Positions 62,362-64,000 of a DNA stretch of 64,000 nucleotides are shown here, in pieces. Made by a program: the position numbers and the translations under genes. The number at the start of each line of letters is the position of its first letter. The first letter of the stretch is position 1. The DNA comes from Dipteris shenzhenensis (Eukaryota), in assembly GCA_047967505.1 (NCBI GenBank), contig CM106538.1; one strand, 5' to 3'. The notes under the pieces are model-generated. The model did not search any database, was not told the origin of the DNA, and was given only the letters and a program-made list of their open reading frames with translations.

Positions 62362-63342
62362 CCGCACATATACCAATACATGATTAACTATGCTACTAAT
62401 AAGATAAAAGAGGAGTTGGCCATTTGCTTATGGAAAGAATTACTGTTATGGCCCAAAGTGATTGGCTATCCTCTATCATTGTTATGACAAAAGAATGAGA
62501 GATTGAGAATTTGCATTGATTATAAGATGTAGAATTGTAGATCATGTTGAACCCATATTTGATACTTGAAAGTGCAGTAGAATGCGAATAGCAAACTGAG
62601 AGCACGTCAAGAAGACTCGAACATTAAGAAAAATGATATGGAGGAAGACACCTTGGACACCCGTGGATCATAGAAAAACTCACATGTATTGTGGAGAAAG
62701 ACCTACAAGTCCAAGATGAAATAATAGGGGCAAGGGGCCCTATATATGAGGGTGCGCTCCTTGTATTCGGCCTACTTATGTAAGCCAATTTGGATGACCA
62801 GTAGGTCAGCCTAACTTGACCCAGGTGGGTCAGTCTGGTTAGTGTAGCTGACTAGGTTGGGTGGCCAAACTAGCCCCCAAACCTGGACTACTATCTCCCA
62901 ACCCTGGCTATTGGGTGCCCTGGTTGGTAACATGGTAGCACATCTTTGGTTACCTTGCCGAGCGGCGAGCACATCTTTGGCAACTTCCCGTGACAACAAC
63001 ATTTGAGGTGGTGACTCTCAGTCCAAGGAGGAATCATCCTAAAGCTAAGGGCGGTAGCCCAATAATGAGCAGTGGTCTAGTAGACCGCAAGTGTTAGGAA
63101 TAGAAGTTGGTCTGGTAGTAAGACTAATAAGTAGCAAAGCATTGTAATAGAAAGAAGGTCCTAGTTGTTTCACAAGTCTCTCTAGCTTGATAAGTTACGA
63201 GCTTGCATACTTGAATGATCAATTCAAATCGAGGCAGCTTCATCATAAACAGAGTCTCTTTTAATACAATACAAGTGTGGTTAGCTTCCATTCTGCCTAT
63301 ATTGCATATTCTGTTTATTTTCTACGCTTAATCCACCATCAC

Positions 63343-63690
63343 CATACGGTTTCCCTTTCAATAGCAACCCCGACCTCCGAGTTGTTTTTGTTGATGTTTA
63401 TCTGCATCAAACTTGAGCACATTCGCACACACATCTCACCAAGGACTGCAAGAGTGAGCATCTTCATAGGAGCACTGCACGGGTTGGGTTAAGTATTCAC
63501 AAGCACAAAACACTGACACCCATACGGTTTCCCTTTCAATAGCAACCCTGACCACCGAGTTGTTTTTGTCGATGTGTATCTCCATCACACTTGAGCACGT
63601 TTGCACACAAATCTCACCGAGGTCTGCAAGAGTGAGCATCTTTTGCATGGATTGGGGTTAAGGCTTCATGAGCATAGAACACTGAGCACC
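63343..63690. repeat. ~178-bp tandem dimer
   Basis: 'catacggtttccctttcaatagcaaccc' at 63343 and 63521. Confidence 0.88.
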
Positions 63691-64000
63691 CATAAGTTGA
63701 CCAAAGGGGAATGAAAAATTGGACCGTCAACATTTGGCAATTCTCCTAGGGAAGGGTCAATTGAATTTGCGTATTGATGTGTTATTAGCTATAGGAATTG
63801 AGTGGATTGAGTGCACAGTCATTGAGAGAGGTTTATGCTAACCAATGATGAATTGAGGCAATTCTTGGGCACGGTGAGCTATTACAAGAAATACCTTCGA
63901 GTGACCACAGATGAGCAGCGCAGTCTAGTGACGTGCTTAAGATCAGAGTGTGGATTATAGAGAGCATCTAGGCAGCGAATCGACTAATTCACGACTTAGC

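Overview
Eukaryotic, TE-rich land-plant DNA; the long TE-filled introns and element types suggest a fern, but that is inference only. The one host gene is an MBD9-like chromatin protein on the + strand. Nine coding exons span 23226-53683 (MBD, FYRN/FYRC, DDT-like, bromo-like, PHD and WHIM regions; 2179 codons plus stop in the window). The first visible exon starts mid-codon at a splice acceptor and no upstream exon is visible, so 1-23225 is probably one giant intron. That region is a nest: a decayed minus-strand chromovirus-like Gypsy element carries a Copia in its LTR, a 3.4-kb hAT element, a solo LTR, a 400-bp hAT MITE and another LTR/gag fragment. The solo LTR holds two near-identical 4072-bp hAT elements with intact transposase genes in head-to-head orientation. 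Their 8-bp TSDs are swapped and reverse-complemented, so the 466-bp spacer between them is inverted. This 8.6-kb palindrome is the most striking structure: a candidate alternative-transposition product and 'killer'-type hairpin locus. The 14.8-kb last intron holds nested Copia elements, LINE remnants and a decayed Penelope-like RT resembling the Chlamys/Naiad type. Downstream are a degenerate duplicate of the last MBD9 exon and 3'UTR, a ~300-bp-arm inverted repeat and small tandem repeats. All coordinates and comparisons were made by eye.
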